The position numbers and the translations under genes are program-made. A stretch of 64,000 nucleotides of DNA from Ranitomeya imitator (taxonomy: Eukaryota), in assembly GCF_032444005.1 (NCBI RefSeq), contig NC_091283.1, forward strand, positions 311,364,001-311,428,000, written 5' to 3'. Below the pieces are notes generated by a model. The model was given only the letters and a program-made list of their open reading frames with translations, did no database searches and was not told the DNA's origin. This document shows positions 37,601 to 48,819 of this stretch, piece by piece; position 1 is the first letter of the stretch; every line of letters starts with the position of its first letter.

Positions 37601-38926
37601 TACTGGTGGCCGCATATGGCTCATGATGTCGCGGAGTACGTTCGGGCGTGTGTCTCTTGCGCCAGGAACAAGACTCCTCGGCAACGGCCAGCTGGTTTGC
37701 TTTACCCTCTGCCCGTGGCTGACAGGCCCTGGGAGATGGTCGGGATGGACTTTGTGGTGGGCTTACCCAAGTCTCGTAATTGCACCATTATCTGGGTGAT
37801 CACCGACCATTTCTCCAAAATGGTGCATTTGGTGCCTCTTCCACGGCTACCATCTGCACGGGCGTTGGCTGTCTTGTTTATCAAGCATATCTTACACGGT
37901 ATGCCAGACAAAATTGTTAGTGACCGGGGTCCCCAGTTTGCGTCTCGATTCTGGAGGGAGCTATGTCGTTTACTCAGTATTGAGTTAAATCTCTCTTCGG
38001 CATATCATCCCGAGACGAATGGGTTGGTAGAAAGGGCCAACCAGACCTTGGTCACATATCTGCGACATTTTGTTTCTGCCAGACAGGATGACTGGGCATC
38101 CTTGCTACCGTGGGCAGAGTTTGCACTTAACAATGCCGTAGCCGACTCCACCGGTCAGACTCCATTCCTCTTAAATTACGGCCAGCATCACCGTGTTTCA
38201 GTGCCCATGCCTGTGTCTTCCGCTGATCCCAGGGTGGCAGACTGGGCTGTGGAGGCACGGGACATTTGGGATCGCACGCAGGATGCCATTCGGGCCTCCA
38301 AGGAGAGAATGAGGTCCTCCGCCGATGTTCATCGGCGCCCTGCTCCGACTTTTGTCCCTGGCGACTTGGTGTGGCTCTCCGCCCGTAACATCAGGCTGCG
38401 AGTTGAGTCCACTAAGTTTGCTCCTCGCTACTTGGGTCCCTTCAAGGTTCTCGAACAGGTTAATCCTGTGGTCTACCGCCTGGCTCTTCCTCCACGCTTG
38501 GGTATCACCGACACCTTTCATGTGTCCCTCTTGAAACCCGTATACATGTCCCGGTTTTCCGAGTCATCTGCCGGGACATCGGGTTCGTCTACGGACGATT
38601 ACGAGGTGAACGCTATTTTGGGGTGTAAGGTGGTACGCGGCAAAAAGTTCTATCTGGTGGATTGGAAGGGTTATGGTCCAGAGAACAGGTCATGGGAGCC
38701 TGCTGAAAACATTCGGGCCCCACAGCTCATTGCTGCCTTCGAACGTAGCGAGGTCCAAGGAGGGGGGGCCCTAGGAGGGGGGGTAATGTTAGGAGTCGAG
38801 TTTCCTCTGCTGCACAGGGGGAATCTCGATCCGTCTCCGCTGCGGTCTCCCATTCTCCTCCAGCCGCAGTGGAGCCTGCTCAGCAGGGACGTCGATCCCA
38901 GCGTCTCGCTCAGTCTGACTCTGTGA
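34652..38926 (+). CDS. gag-pol: Gag-Pol polyprotein: gag, CCHC knuckle, protease, RT, RNase H, integrase, chromodomain
   Basis: LPEKFSGD (gag), CHVCQQSGHLATRC, VDSGAEGNF, YLDDILIY, EVDASSVGAGAVL, GHFG...CVSC, MDFVVGLP...SDRGPQF, YEVNAIL...YLVDWKGYGPENRSWEP; no internal stop. Confidence 0.95.
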   Translation: MTDIQQSLWHIQQLEGRLAALESATSAVDVTAVAVQAASVAAATMSIATPVPTLSHLPLPEKFSGDSKFCRGFVSQCSIHLELLATRFPTERAKVGFILSLLSDRALEWATPLWERGDHVVQSAPLFLSALKQVFLGPQVTHDTALQLLALTQGESLVSHFAVQFRTLASELDWSDKALIPIFWRGLADHVKDALATREIPATLEELITVSTRIDLRFNERRLERAQCRQRFRLAPTFAKPLEFPVLVPESHEAREVSQAGSKSRTACALRVCHVCQQSGHLATRCPQRSRKRQRLVVVGGGTLDMATFASKLSFKGTITIGSFSHSVELCVDSGAEGNFMSSAFAQRHAIPLVMLAQPVTVRVVNGSTLPSQITHQTIPFTLSMSPSHQEIISLLVIPEGIDEILLGIPWLRYHSPHIEWSSGRILGWGESCGGRCQRECVQVATTEVSADLSSLPKQYWSYADVFSKKVAETLPPHRPYDCPIDLLPGAEPPRGRVYPLSLPETEAMSQYIQENLARGFIRKSVSPAGAGFFFVQKKSGELRPCIDYRGLNAITVKNKYPLPLISELFDRLRGARVFTKLDLRGAYNLIRIREGDEWKTAFNTRDGHYEYLVMPFGLCNAPAVFQDFVNDIFRDMLSTSVVVYLDDILIYSPDIDSHRRDVCKVFDLLRANSLYAKLEKCMFEQESLPFLGYIISAQGLAMDPAKLQAVMDWQEPHSLKAVQRFMGFINYYRQFIPHFSTLVAPLVALTKKGANPKLWSEEVSKAFISIKSHFASAPILHRPDVDKPFIMEVDASSVGAGAVLFQKDAQGRKHPCFFFSKTFAPAERNYSIGDRELLAMKLAFSEWRHLLEGARFPFQVFTDHKNLVHLQTAQRLNSRQARWSLFFSRFHFTLHFLSGEKNIRADALSRSVVSSAEEEEEPRLIVPTESLRTVAPVSLESVPPGKTFVPSSLQPEVLSWAHSSRVGGHFGTKRTSELLARTYWWPHMAHDVAEYVRACVSCARNKTPRQRPAGLLYPLPVADRPWEMVGMDFVVGLPKSRNCTIIWVITDHFSKMVHLVPLPRLPSARALAVLFIKHILHGMPDKIVSDRGPQFASRFWRELCRLLSIELNLSSAYHPETNGLVERANQTLVTYLRHFVSARQDDWASLLPWAEFALNNAVADSTGQTPFLLNYGQHHRVSVPMPVSSADPRVADWAVEARDIWDRTQDAIRASKERMRSSADVHRRPAPTFVPGDLVWLSARNIRLRVESTKFAPRYLGPFKVLEQVNPVVYRLALPPRLGITDTFHVSLLKPVYMSRFSESSAGTSGSSTDDYEVNAILGCKVVRGKKFYLVDWKGYGPENRSWEPAENIRAPQLIAAFERSEVQGGGALGGGVMLGVEFPLLHRGNLDPSPLRSPILLQPQWSLLSRDVDPSVSLSLTL
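38775..38783 (+). promoter_or_regulatory. Polypurine tract
   Basis: G-rich run ending 3 nt before the TG of the 3' LTR. Confidence 0.7.
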
Positions 38927-39746
38927 GAAGAGTTACTGCTGCTTCTCCAGCTTCTGCCTTTAAAGCCAATACTGGTCAGCAGCGAGTGGACTTCTCTGGG
39001 ACTAAGTCCTTGTCTGCGCACACTGAGCATGCCCAGGGCAAGATCTCCCGTTGGAGATCGAGGGTCATGTGCTCAGACTCTGCAGCGCATTCTATTGGTC
39101 CTCTTGGCAGGTCTTGGAAGGGCAAAGTTTCTGTGGCCGCTTCCTGTCCTGCAGCTATATAAACTGCGCATGACCGCACGGCCATGCGCTAGTGTACAAC
39201 TTTATACGTGTGTTTGTTGTGAGTGCAAGTCGTCCTTTAAATACCCCTACCCTACTGTATGATTGTTCGCGTATGGTGTATGGCTGCTATCTAGCGCCCG
39301 ACTTAACACTCAACGTGTCACACACGTGTCAGCGTCCTCTGCTGTGACCGCCAGTGCGGCGCCACGCGCCTGTGTGCGCTTCCTGACCCATGTCTGGGTA
39401 CTTAGTGGTGCCTGCCAGCACGCACAGTTTGCACTTCGGTGCCTCTATTGTATATACTTTTCACACCCAGTTGTGGTGTAGTGCCAGCAAGGGTCTAATC
39501 GGACTACTATCCCTGTTGGGGTCTAGTTCGCTGACCACTTGCTCGCGCTCTATGTGCGGTCCGCGATCCTGTGACGCAACAGGATCGCTTTCTTCACGCT
39601 GGGTGAGGTTTAACCCACGCGTGTATACTTATGAGTACCGCCATATCGTCTGTCATGTCCTAGCAGCAGGTTTCACCTGCACGGTGGACCCCGGACTGCG
39701 AACGCATCCATTACATCTCTCTTGGTGCGTTCCGCCAGTCCTAACA
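38787..39746 (+). repeat. 3' LTR (960 bp)
   Basis: TGttaggagtcg...cctaaCA, a direct repeat of 33662-34623. Confidence 0.95.
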
Positions 39747-39964
39747 CCCTTAACATGCGCCGTATGTATACTGCTCTTCGGGAGCTGGTTCCCGCGAAGC
39801 GAAGTATATATACGGTGCCGCTATTTCTGAGCACAGCGCTGCATCGTGCGTTGACCAGGTTAAGATGGGACAGCAGACCATCCATGCACGTTGTCCAAAA
39901 GAAGATGAACAGCGCTCCAGCCGGGTGTCGTAGTATCAAAAGAAATCTTTATTGATCCATGAAG

Positions 39965-40004
39965 ACGCAACGTTTCGACCAGTATCCTGGTCTTTTTCAA
40001 GCAT
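39965..40004 (-). ncRNA. Minimal hammerhead ribozyme (U3-A8 variant), inverted-arm copy
   Basis: Reverse complement of 44427-44466. Confidence 0.7.
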
Positions 40005-41982
40005 ACAGCAAGGTACAAAGTGTCGGCTTAAATGGTGTGGATACCACACAGGGCACCAATCACCAACCAGCCACTAATTACATACACAAATATAACAAAT
40101 AACATCAATCAGACAACACATAATTCTTTAAAATGGATACCAACAATGTCTATAGCATAGGAGAAAAGAAAATCAAAACAAAAAGCATATAACATATGCC
40201 ACTACTTCAATGTTTATTTTCCGTCCAGCCAGTTAGGGTCCGGCATAATCGTAACCATGTTTACAAAGCTCCAATAGAATTGTCACTACAGCGATCCTCA
40301 TATCCAATCCGGATCCTTTCTGTGATTGGCGCCAAAATTCAACCAGCCTATCCAGCCTCATCATGCTTCCAGTAAAGGACCTGAATAACAAATCAGGCAA
40401 CCGCTTACAGCATATATCGTACCTGCATCATAATCCTGCGTCACACCTCCGGCAGACCACAGGACCGCAGAAAACCCAGAAGCACCCTGATGAGTATAGC
40501 TGCGCGTCATGGCAGCCGCACGCCCACATCACATGACCGCAGAGTGGGGCCCGCCCTGCTGCGACGTAACCATCCATACCCCATGCGGAGGAGAAGCCAC
40601 AGACGTGCGCAAGCGCGACACTGCCGGGAACTGCAGCATCGATACAAGCAGGCCCAGCGGTGACACGAACGCCACACCTCCCCGACTCCTCCCACACAAA
40701 GGAGACGTAGGCGCGTCACAGCCAGAGCGTCCCAGATGCGAAGTAACAGTGCGGGCGAGCCAGGTGCCAGTACGCAAGCGCCCAAAACACCAATGGATCT
40801 GCATAACCACGGCCACAATAAGTTGCCATGGTGACCTGAAAAACATAACTAGGTAATTTAACCATCTACGGATAGTGCAGCTCAAGTATAATAAATGGGA
40901 ATGTCCACAATAACCATATGGATCTTAGAGCTACACAAACAGAAGACGAAAAAAGACTCCAGACACTGTATATTTGATCCTTTGAATAATTAAAAACATT
41001 ATTGATAAAAAAAAGAAAACACTTTAAAAACAAAATACTGATGAAGATGCCATAGCTGAGGGGAGATAGAATTATTTAGGGATACAAACCTGCAAATTAA
41101 AGTCTAAATTAAGACCTCCAGGCTGTAAAGTCCCTAATGAGTAAATCCATCTCATTTCCTTCTTCCTAAGCAGTAATAATCTATCCCCTCCTCTCCTCAA
41201 AGCTGGAACACTATCTATTACCCTAAAGCGTAATTGGTTGACAGAATGTTTATTATCCAAAAAATGTTTGGGGATTGGCAAATCTGTAAGTCCTGTTCGT
41301 ATTGTGCTTTTATGCTTACTGATTGTGTCGGGGAGGGGCTCTCTATTTAATAAGACGGCTATTTTTTTGGATAAAGTATTGCGTACCTATGCCACATCAG
41401 CCAAATCCTACATTCGTGACACAAATGACTTTCTTAATAAACTTGAAGACATCACTGTATCTGAGACTACCGTGCTTGCGTCGTTCGACGTTGTATCATT
41501 ATACATGTCGATCGAGCATGACAAGGGGCTCGATGCGGTCTCTTGTGCGCTATCGGGCTCTGACGTGGCCCCAGAGAGTGCACGACTTGTCCTCACACTG
41601 TTAGAGCTCATCCTCAGGAGGAACTATTTTCTCTTTGGGGATGAGTTCTTTTTACAGTTGAGGGGTACCGCCATGGGATCCAATGTGGCCCCCACTTATG
41701 CCAACATCTATATGGCGGTATTCGAGGACAGGTTTGTGTACTGTTCCAACCTCTGGCGCCACGTCAGAGCTTGGTGGCGTTACATTGATGACATTTTTTT
41801 TATTTGGGACGGTAATGTGACAGAGCTTAATGAGTTTCATCAATATCTTAACGGAGTGTACGTGGAGCTACAGTTCACCCTGACATCCTCTACTTCTCAG
41901 CTCCAGTTTTTGGATACCCTTGTGTACAAGGAAGGAGATAAATTGAAGACAGACATCTTTGTGAAAGAGACGGATAGAAATG

Positions 41983-42428
41983 ACAGGGTAAAAGAAAGTT
42001 CTACTTCCACACTGCCCCGATAATCTGACCCCAATGTGCACAACAGCAAAAACCACATGCAAAGGGGCGTATATGGCTGATAATTTCCTTTTCATTACCA
42101 ACGGGGTGCTGCATCCAACAAAAGCATACAGAGTTCATAAAGGAAAAACGAGGAAAAAGATTGGAGAGCACTTACCCAGGTAAAATAGTCACCACTTTAT
42201 TAGGACTTTGTACAAAAAGCAGGGAAGGGAGTGGATAAAGATCGGACGACGGCCGTTTCGTGCAGAGTGGCACTTCAACGGGTCCTCCGTTGAAGTGCCA
42301 CTCTGCACGAAACGGCCGTCGTCCAATCTTTATCCACTCCCTTCCCTGCTTTTTGTACAAAGTCCTAATAAAGTGGTGACTATTTTACCTGGGTAAGTGC
42401 ACTCCAATCTTTTTCCTCGTTTTTCCTT
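41983..42428 (-). mobile_element. Fold-back mini-element D (289-bp palindrome plus 157-bp tail, 14-bp TSD)
   Basis: Palindrome 42140-42428 with a 5-nt loop at 42282-42286; gacggatagaaatg at 41969-41982 and 42429-42442. Confidence 0.85.
42244..42285 (-). ncRNA. Hammerhead-like motif with variant core
   Basis: Minus strand: ggac CCGTTGA a gtgc-cactct-gcac GAAAC ggcc GTC gtcc; all stems pair, the core differs from CUGANGA at two positions. Confidence 0.6.
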
Positions 42429-44426
42429 GACGGATAGAAATGGCCTGTTGCTTTTTGATAGCAACCATCCTCGGAGAATGGTTAACTCCCTACCGTGGAG
42501 CCAACTCCTGAGGGTGCGGAGGATAGTGTCGGATGACACTGTGGTTGACCGGAGGCTGGAGGAGATGTGTCTCAAGTTTTCCAACAGGGGTTATCCAAAG
42601 AAGGAGCTGTGTACATTTAGTCATAAGGCTCGTAGTTTATCACGGGAGTCAATTCGTAAATCAGGCTCCTCTAAGCAGCCTGGGGAGCGTATCCCTTTTG
42701 TATCTACTTACACTTCAGCTAGTAGTCAAATTGACAGGATTCTGAGAAAACATTGGTTGGGCTTACAACGCGGTTTACCGTCAATACCGGCTTTTAATAA
42801 TTATCCAATGATGTCATACAGAAGGGGACGCAATTTGGGTGATAGCCTAGTGAGATCGGATATTGGGTCATCTAAGAGCTCAATTCAAACAACCCTGAGC
42901 ACACCCAGACTTGGAAATTTTCCATGCCTGGGTTGTGCGAGTTGTAACAATATGCTTAAAGGGGAGTTCTTCTATCACCCGCATACGGGGAAGAAAATTT
43001 ACTTAAAGGAACGCTACACTTGTTCTTCGAGCTTTGTTGTTTACATGATTACGTGCCCGTGCGGGTTAGCTTATGTGGGGGAGACCACAATGGAGGTGCG
43101 GGCACGAATCAGTAAGCATAAAAGCACGATACGAACAGGACTTACAATCCCCAAACATTTTTTGGATAATAAGCATTCTGTCAACCAATTACGCTTTAGG
43201 GTAATAGATAGTGTTCCAGCTTTGAGGAGAGGAGGGGATAGAATATTACTGCTTAGGAAGAAGGAAATGAGATGGATTTACTCATTAGGGACTTTACAGC
43301 CTGGAGGTCTTAATTTAGACTTTAATTTGCAGGTTTGTATCCCTAAATAATTCTATCTCCCCTCAGCTATGGCATCTTCATCAGTATTTTGTTTTTAAAG
43401 TGTTTTCTTTTTTTTATCAATAATGTTTTTAATTATTCAAAGGATCAAATATACAGTGTCTGGAGTCTTTTTTCGTCTTCTGTTTGTGTAGCTCTAAGAT
43501 CCATATGGTTATTGTGGACATTCCCATTTATTATACTTGAGCTGCACTATTCTTAGATGGTTAAATTACCTATTTATGTTTTTCAGGTCACCGTGGCAAC
43601 CTATTGTGGCCGTGGTTACGCAGATCCATTGGTGTTTTGGGCGCTTGCGCACTGGCACCTGGCTCGCCCGCACTGTGACTTCGCATCTGGGACGCTCTGG
43701 CTGTGACGTGCCTACGTCTCCTTTGTGTGGGAGGAGTCGGGGAGGTGTGGCATTCGCGTCACCGCTGGGCCTGCTTGTATCGCGTTCTGCGATGCTGCAG
43801 TTCCCGGCAGTGTCGCGCTTGCGCACGTCTGTGGCTTCTCCTCCGCATGGGGTATGGATGGTTACGTCGCAGCAGGGCGGGCCCCACTCTGCGGTCATGT
43901 GATGTGGGCGGGCGGCTGCCATGACGCGCAGCTATACTCATCAGGGTGCTTCTGGTTTTTCTGCGGTCCTGTGGTCTGCAGGAGGTGTGACGCAGGATTA
44001 TGATGCAGGTACGATATATGCTGTAAGCGGTTGCCTGATTTGTTATTCAGGTCCTTTACTGGAAGCATGATGAGGCTGGATAGCCTGGTTGAATTTTGGC
44101 GCCAATCACAGAAAGGATCCGGATTGGATATGAGGATCGCTGTAGTGACAATTCTATTGGAGCTTTGTAACCATGGTTACGATTATGCCGGACCCTAACT
44201 GGCTGGACGGAAAATAGACATTGAAGTAGTGGCATATGTTATATGCTTTTTGTTTTGATTTTCTTTTCTCCTATGCTATAGACATTGTTGGTATCGATTT
44301 TAAAGAATTATGTGTTGTCTGATTGATGTTATTTGTTATATTTGTGTATGTAATTAGTGGCTGGTTGGTGATTGGTGCCCTGTGTGGTATCCACACCATT
44401 TAAGGCGACACTTTGTACCTTGCTGT

Positions 44427-44466
44427 ATGCTTGAAAAAGACCAGGATACTGGTCGAAACGTTGCGT
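44427..44466 (+). ncRNA. Minimal hammerhead ribozyme (U3-A8 variant) in the 3' pLTR
   Basis: atgc TTGAAAA a gaccag-gata-ctggtc GAAAC GTT gcgt; stem I atgc/gcgt, 6-bp stem II, palindromic AACGTT; AATAAA at ~44478. Confidence 0.7.
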
Positions 44467-47400
44467 CTTCATGGATCAATAAAGATTTCTTTTGATACTA
44501 CGAGACCCGGCTGGAGCGCTGTTCATCTTCTTTTGGACTATTTGGAATATCCAGGTTGGTTCCCTGGACAAGGAACGAGCGCCCTTTTGTGTGAGTGCTG
44601 TCAGCCCTACCTTTTCTTTACTACATCCATGCACGTTGTTCCGGGGTGGTCTGTACCCCCCACATCAGCAATGTGCCAATAAAGTTGAAAAAAAAAACAA
44701 GCCACATGGTGTTTCATTAGTGGCCAGTGTGATCCCCCTGCGATCTGTGCCTCCGGGTGCTGCGTCGTCCTATGTGAGATCCTCCTGTGATCTGATTGCT
44801 GTGCTGTGTGCTTGCTGATGTGACTCATCTGTGATCATAACAGCAGCAGCAACTCCCTCATCCCAGTCCACACTATCCCAGTTCCAGTCCCCACATCCCC
44901 TTTCTCCTCCAGATTGAATTTTTAGTGCACTTTTTTGCCCTTTTTTTGGTTTTCTGTGGCATCTTCTGGTGAGCATTCATGCTCTTCCCGCGTCTGCATC
45001 GCTCTAGTCAGTATCGCTACTGATCAGGGATTGCGCCAAGGGACTTTTATTAGTTACTTTTTTTTATCAATTAGTGTTTATTGAAGATTTCCAAAACAAT
45101 ACAGTGCAGTCAAACGGTAATAACAGTAACAGAGGTCAACTAAAAATGACCAGAAATAAGTAAGGAGAAAAACCAAACCAATCAGAAAGGAAGAAGTAGG
45201 GGAGAGAAGGGGGAGGGATAGGTACGGTAGGGGGAATAGGGGGGGAGGAAAGGAGAATAGGCATTCACAAGACATTATCTAGCAATTCAGTTATAGACAA
45301 GGGGTCCTGGCAAACTATGGCAGAATAAGAATATTACAAACACAAAAACAGACATGTCAATTATGCTTACTTATTCCCACTCAAGTAAACGATCAAACAA
45401 GGTGGTGCGGGTCAATAGAGGAATGACCCCTATGTAACCAAGGGTGCCAAATATTTTGTCTTTTGGTTTTGGCAGTCATGGAGTGAGCCAAGGTGAGTTC
45501 ATATTGGCAGTGGACATTAAGTTTATTAATTAATTCACTAATATTGGGAGAATTAGTGTCTTTCCATCTTGAGGCGACTAATAACCTGGCAGCTATTAGA
45601 ATATGTGATAGTGTACCTCGAAGTATGTGTGGAATGTCCTCCAGGCCGATGTGAAGAATTGCCTGCCTAGGTGACAGTCAGCTGGATCCCCAAGACCTGT
45701 GCAATTAAAAGGTCCATATCTCTCCACCAGGGCTGAAGAATTGGACAGGACCACCAGGTGTGTTCCAGAGTTCCCCTGTGACCGCACCCCCTCCAGCATT
45801 TGTCCGACCGGGCAGGGTCATAGTGAGCCACCTGACCCGGATATTGATACCATCTAAGGTGTACTTTTTTCAATTGTTCGAGATGATTGACACAGGCAGA
45901 TACCCGTAATACTTCACCCAGTCCCTCCTCCCAATCTATTGGGTCAGATAGGAAGTCCAGATCCTGTTCCCACTTTATCATATATGGCAGTTTAACATCT
46001 TCTGCTGGGTCGTTTAAGGCTTTATATAATATTGAAATTCCCTTCGGGCCAGAGTCAGGCAACAAGAAATAACCATTAACCCTGTTATTTAAATGGGAGT
46101 TGAAGAAAGGCGAGTCTGAGGAATTATGAAGTAGATGACGTATCTGCAAATATTGATAGAAATATCTCCGGACATTCGGGAAGCTGGAGGCCAAGCGGTC
46201 AAAGGGGACAAGGTCAGCGGCACCCAATATCTGCCGTAATGTTACAATTCTAGCATCAACCCAAGGCTGGAGATTAATAAATGGGATGTGTGTCTCAAGG
46301 GCTTTTAAGGATAGAGAGTCATGAGATAATTTAATCAAGGAAGGGACCAGTGTCCTCCAATAGTGGAGCGCGATTTTCATGGTTGGTAAGGTAGGGGAAT
46401 AATCAGTGATTGCAATATATTCAGCCTCAAGAATCGTGCGGGTAGATCTAGTTTTGGCATAGTAGTTTTCTATTTGGAGCCATCTATGGTCTTTGTCCGC
46501 CTGCCACCAGTCTCTAAGTCCAGTTAGTATGGCCGCTCTATGGTACAGCATGAAGTTCGGCATTCCCAGCCCTCTCCGTTTGTACGGATAGTACATCAAG
46601 GTCCTAGAGATTCTAGATTTTTTGTGTGACCAAATATAATCGTATGTCATAGTTTCTCATTTCAAAATCAAACGTTTGGGGATTTTTAATGGGATACACC
46701 TAAGGAGATACAGTATTTTAGGCAGGATCATCATTTTAAAAACATTAATCCTGGCAATCCAGGATGTCATAACTTTGTGAAAATGGTCAAGTTGTGCCCT
46801 AACCTGTGTGATCAATTTAGAGAAATTCTTCTCGACAATCTGTCAAGGATGTCTCCAAGTTGACACAGGATAGAATAACATCATCAGCATACAAGCCAAT
46901 TCTGTGCTCCATCTGTCCAACCCTGATGCCGGTGATATTAATAGAAGTTCTCATGCGTTCAGCGAGCGGCTCCATGCACAGTGCGAAAATAATAGGAGAG
47001 AGTGGGCAACCTTGACGAGTGCCATTCGTGATCTGAAACAGACCAGATAAAAAAACAGATGTCAAGACCCTGGCACAAGGAGTTGAGTACATAGCACAGA
47101 TTGCTGAGAATATTGGGCCCGACAGTCCAAACCTTTCCAATACTGCCCGAAGATACCCCCAGTGCACCCTGTCAAAAGCCTTCTCAGCATCAAGTGACAG
47201 GAATGCACTCAGTAGGCCAGACAGCTCGGCTATTTTAATCAGATTCAGCATGCGCCGCACCCCATCTTTCGTCTCACATCCGGCCACAAAACCCACTTGG
47301 TCTGGTGAAATTATGGTTGGGATAATAAGCTTTAGTCTGGACGCTATAATTTTAGTGAATATTTTGACATCCGAATTGAGCAGAGCAATGGGTCTAAAGT

Positions 47401-48438
47401 CACCAGGGTGTGTGAGGGGTTTCCCAGGCTTGGGAATGGTAGATATGGTAGCTTCCAAACCAGGAGCCGTCACAGTACCCGAGTCTCTCCACACCGAGAA
47501 TAATCTCTGCAAATATGGAGTCAGCAACAGATAAAAGGATTTATAATAGTCATTTGTCTGCCCGTCTGGGCCTGGGGCCTTATGAGATTTAGTTTGTTTA
47601 ATCGTCGACATCTGTGAAGGGAGAATTAAGGTATTTTAGCTGCTCAGATGTAACACGGGGTAATTTTATAGAGTCTAGATATTTATAAATAGATTGGTGA
47701 TCCGGATGGGGAGTAGAAGGGTCATCTTTTAAATTATACAAGCTGGTATAATATTCTGCAAAAGCTTGGACTATGTCCTGAGGGTTCCTGAGGGCCTTCC
47801 CATTTTTATCTAAGATATGTTCCACTCTTGATTTAGCTTCCCTCTTACGTACTCTGCGCACCAGGAGTGCACCTGCCCTATCACCTTAGGCATATAGATT
47901 AGTCTTGAATTTCTTCATGTTATGTGCATATCTGGCCAAGAGATTTTCTCTCAATTTAAACCTAATCTGATAGATCTCCTCGGAGATAGAAGGCGTGGGA
48001 GCAGACTTGTTGGTATTGTCTAAATATTGCAGGTGGGAAAGTAATACCTCTTTGCCACTCTCCCTCTTCCTTTTCAAGTAGGAAGCTTGTTGGAGAAGCA
48101 CACCTCTAATCACTACTTTATGAGCCAACCATAAGGACTCATCAGAAACCTCTCCATTATCATTTATCTGAAAGTAGTGTTCCAACTCCGAAGAGATTCT
48201 ATCTAACACCTCCCCATTCAACAGCAATGCGTCGTTTAATCGCCACCTAAAGGCTGGGTTGGTGTGCCAAAGTAAGAGTTAGGGTGATGGGAGCGTGATC
48301 AGACCACGTTATTAAGCCTATAGTTGCGGATCTACATCTGGACAAGGTTGCGCTGTCTGTTAGAAAATAATCAATACGGGAGTATGTGGAATGCCTGGAA
48401 GAGTAAAAGGTATAATCCCTCTCAGATGCATGCGAATA

Positions 48439-48819
48439 TCTATATATATAATTGTCTAAGGGTTTTTCTGTCTGTCTGTCTGTCCTGGAAATCCCGCATC
48501 TCTGATTGGTCGAGGCCTGGCGGCCTCGACCAATCAGCGATGGGCACAGCATGGCGACGATGATGTCATAAAGATTGCCTCAACCAATCAGCGACGGGCA
48601 CAGTCTGCCGCGAATTCGCCTCGACCAATCAGCGACGGGCACAGTATCGACGTAGATGTCATAATGGTTGCCATGGCGACGATGATGTCATAAAGGTTGC
48701 CTCGACCAATCAGCGACAGGCACAATCTGCCGCGAATTCTGGAATCATCATTGTCCATATACTACGGGGACATGCATATTCTAGAATACCCAATGCGTTA
48801 GAATAGGGCCACAATCTAG
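48439..48819 (+). mobile_element. Short non-autonomous Helitron of a second family (381 bp), inside the L1 endonuclease
   Basis: A|TCtatatatata...gggccacaatCTAG|T with no TSD; excision restores LHDYWR|YSHASERDYTFYS; internal gaccaatcagcgacgggcacag repeats. Confidence 0.8.

Larger units (their letters stand above)
33662..39746 (+). mobile_element. Full-length Ty3/Gypsy chromovirus (Tf1/sushi type), 6085 bp
   Basis: Two ~960-bp LTRs with TG...CA ends, 5-bp TSD ccctt (33657-33661 and 39747-39751), a single gag-pol ORF and a polypurine tract. Confidence 0.95.
33656..39878. mobile_element. End of a piggyBac-like non-autonomous element split by the Gypsy insertion
   Basis: Removing the LTR element gives TTAA|ccccttaacatgcgccgtatgtatac, resembling the terminus at 13829/15971; the other end was not found. 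Confidence 0.4.
41322..43350 (+). pseudogene. 5'-truncated PLE RT-thumb-GIY-YIG ORF interrupted by insertion D
   Basis: IVSGRGS, SFDVVSLY, GTAMGSNVAPTYANIYM, WWRYIDDIFFIW, KETDRN|GLL, CLGCASC, VVYMITCPCGLAYVGET; removing 41983-42428 and one TSD copy restores one frame to the stop at 43350. Confidence 0.9.
39895..44623 (+). mobile_element. Penelope-like element C with inverted 5' arm, 85-bp tail and 16-bp TSD
   Basis: Arms 39893-41324 and 43107-44538 (1432 bp each); catccatgcacgttgt at 39879-39894 and 44624-44639; RT and GIY-YIG lie between and within the arms. Confidence 0.9.

Noticed and set aside
40428-44003. Mirror-image ORF pairs in the GC-rich parts of the PLE C arms
   Set aside because: A consequence of the inverted repeat; indels between the arms break the frames differently.
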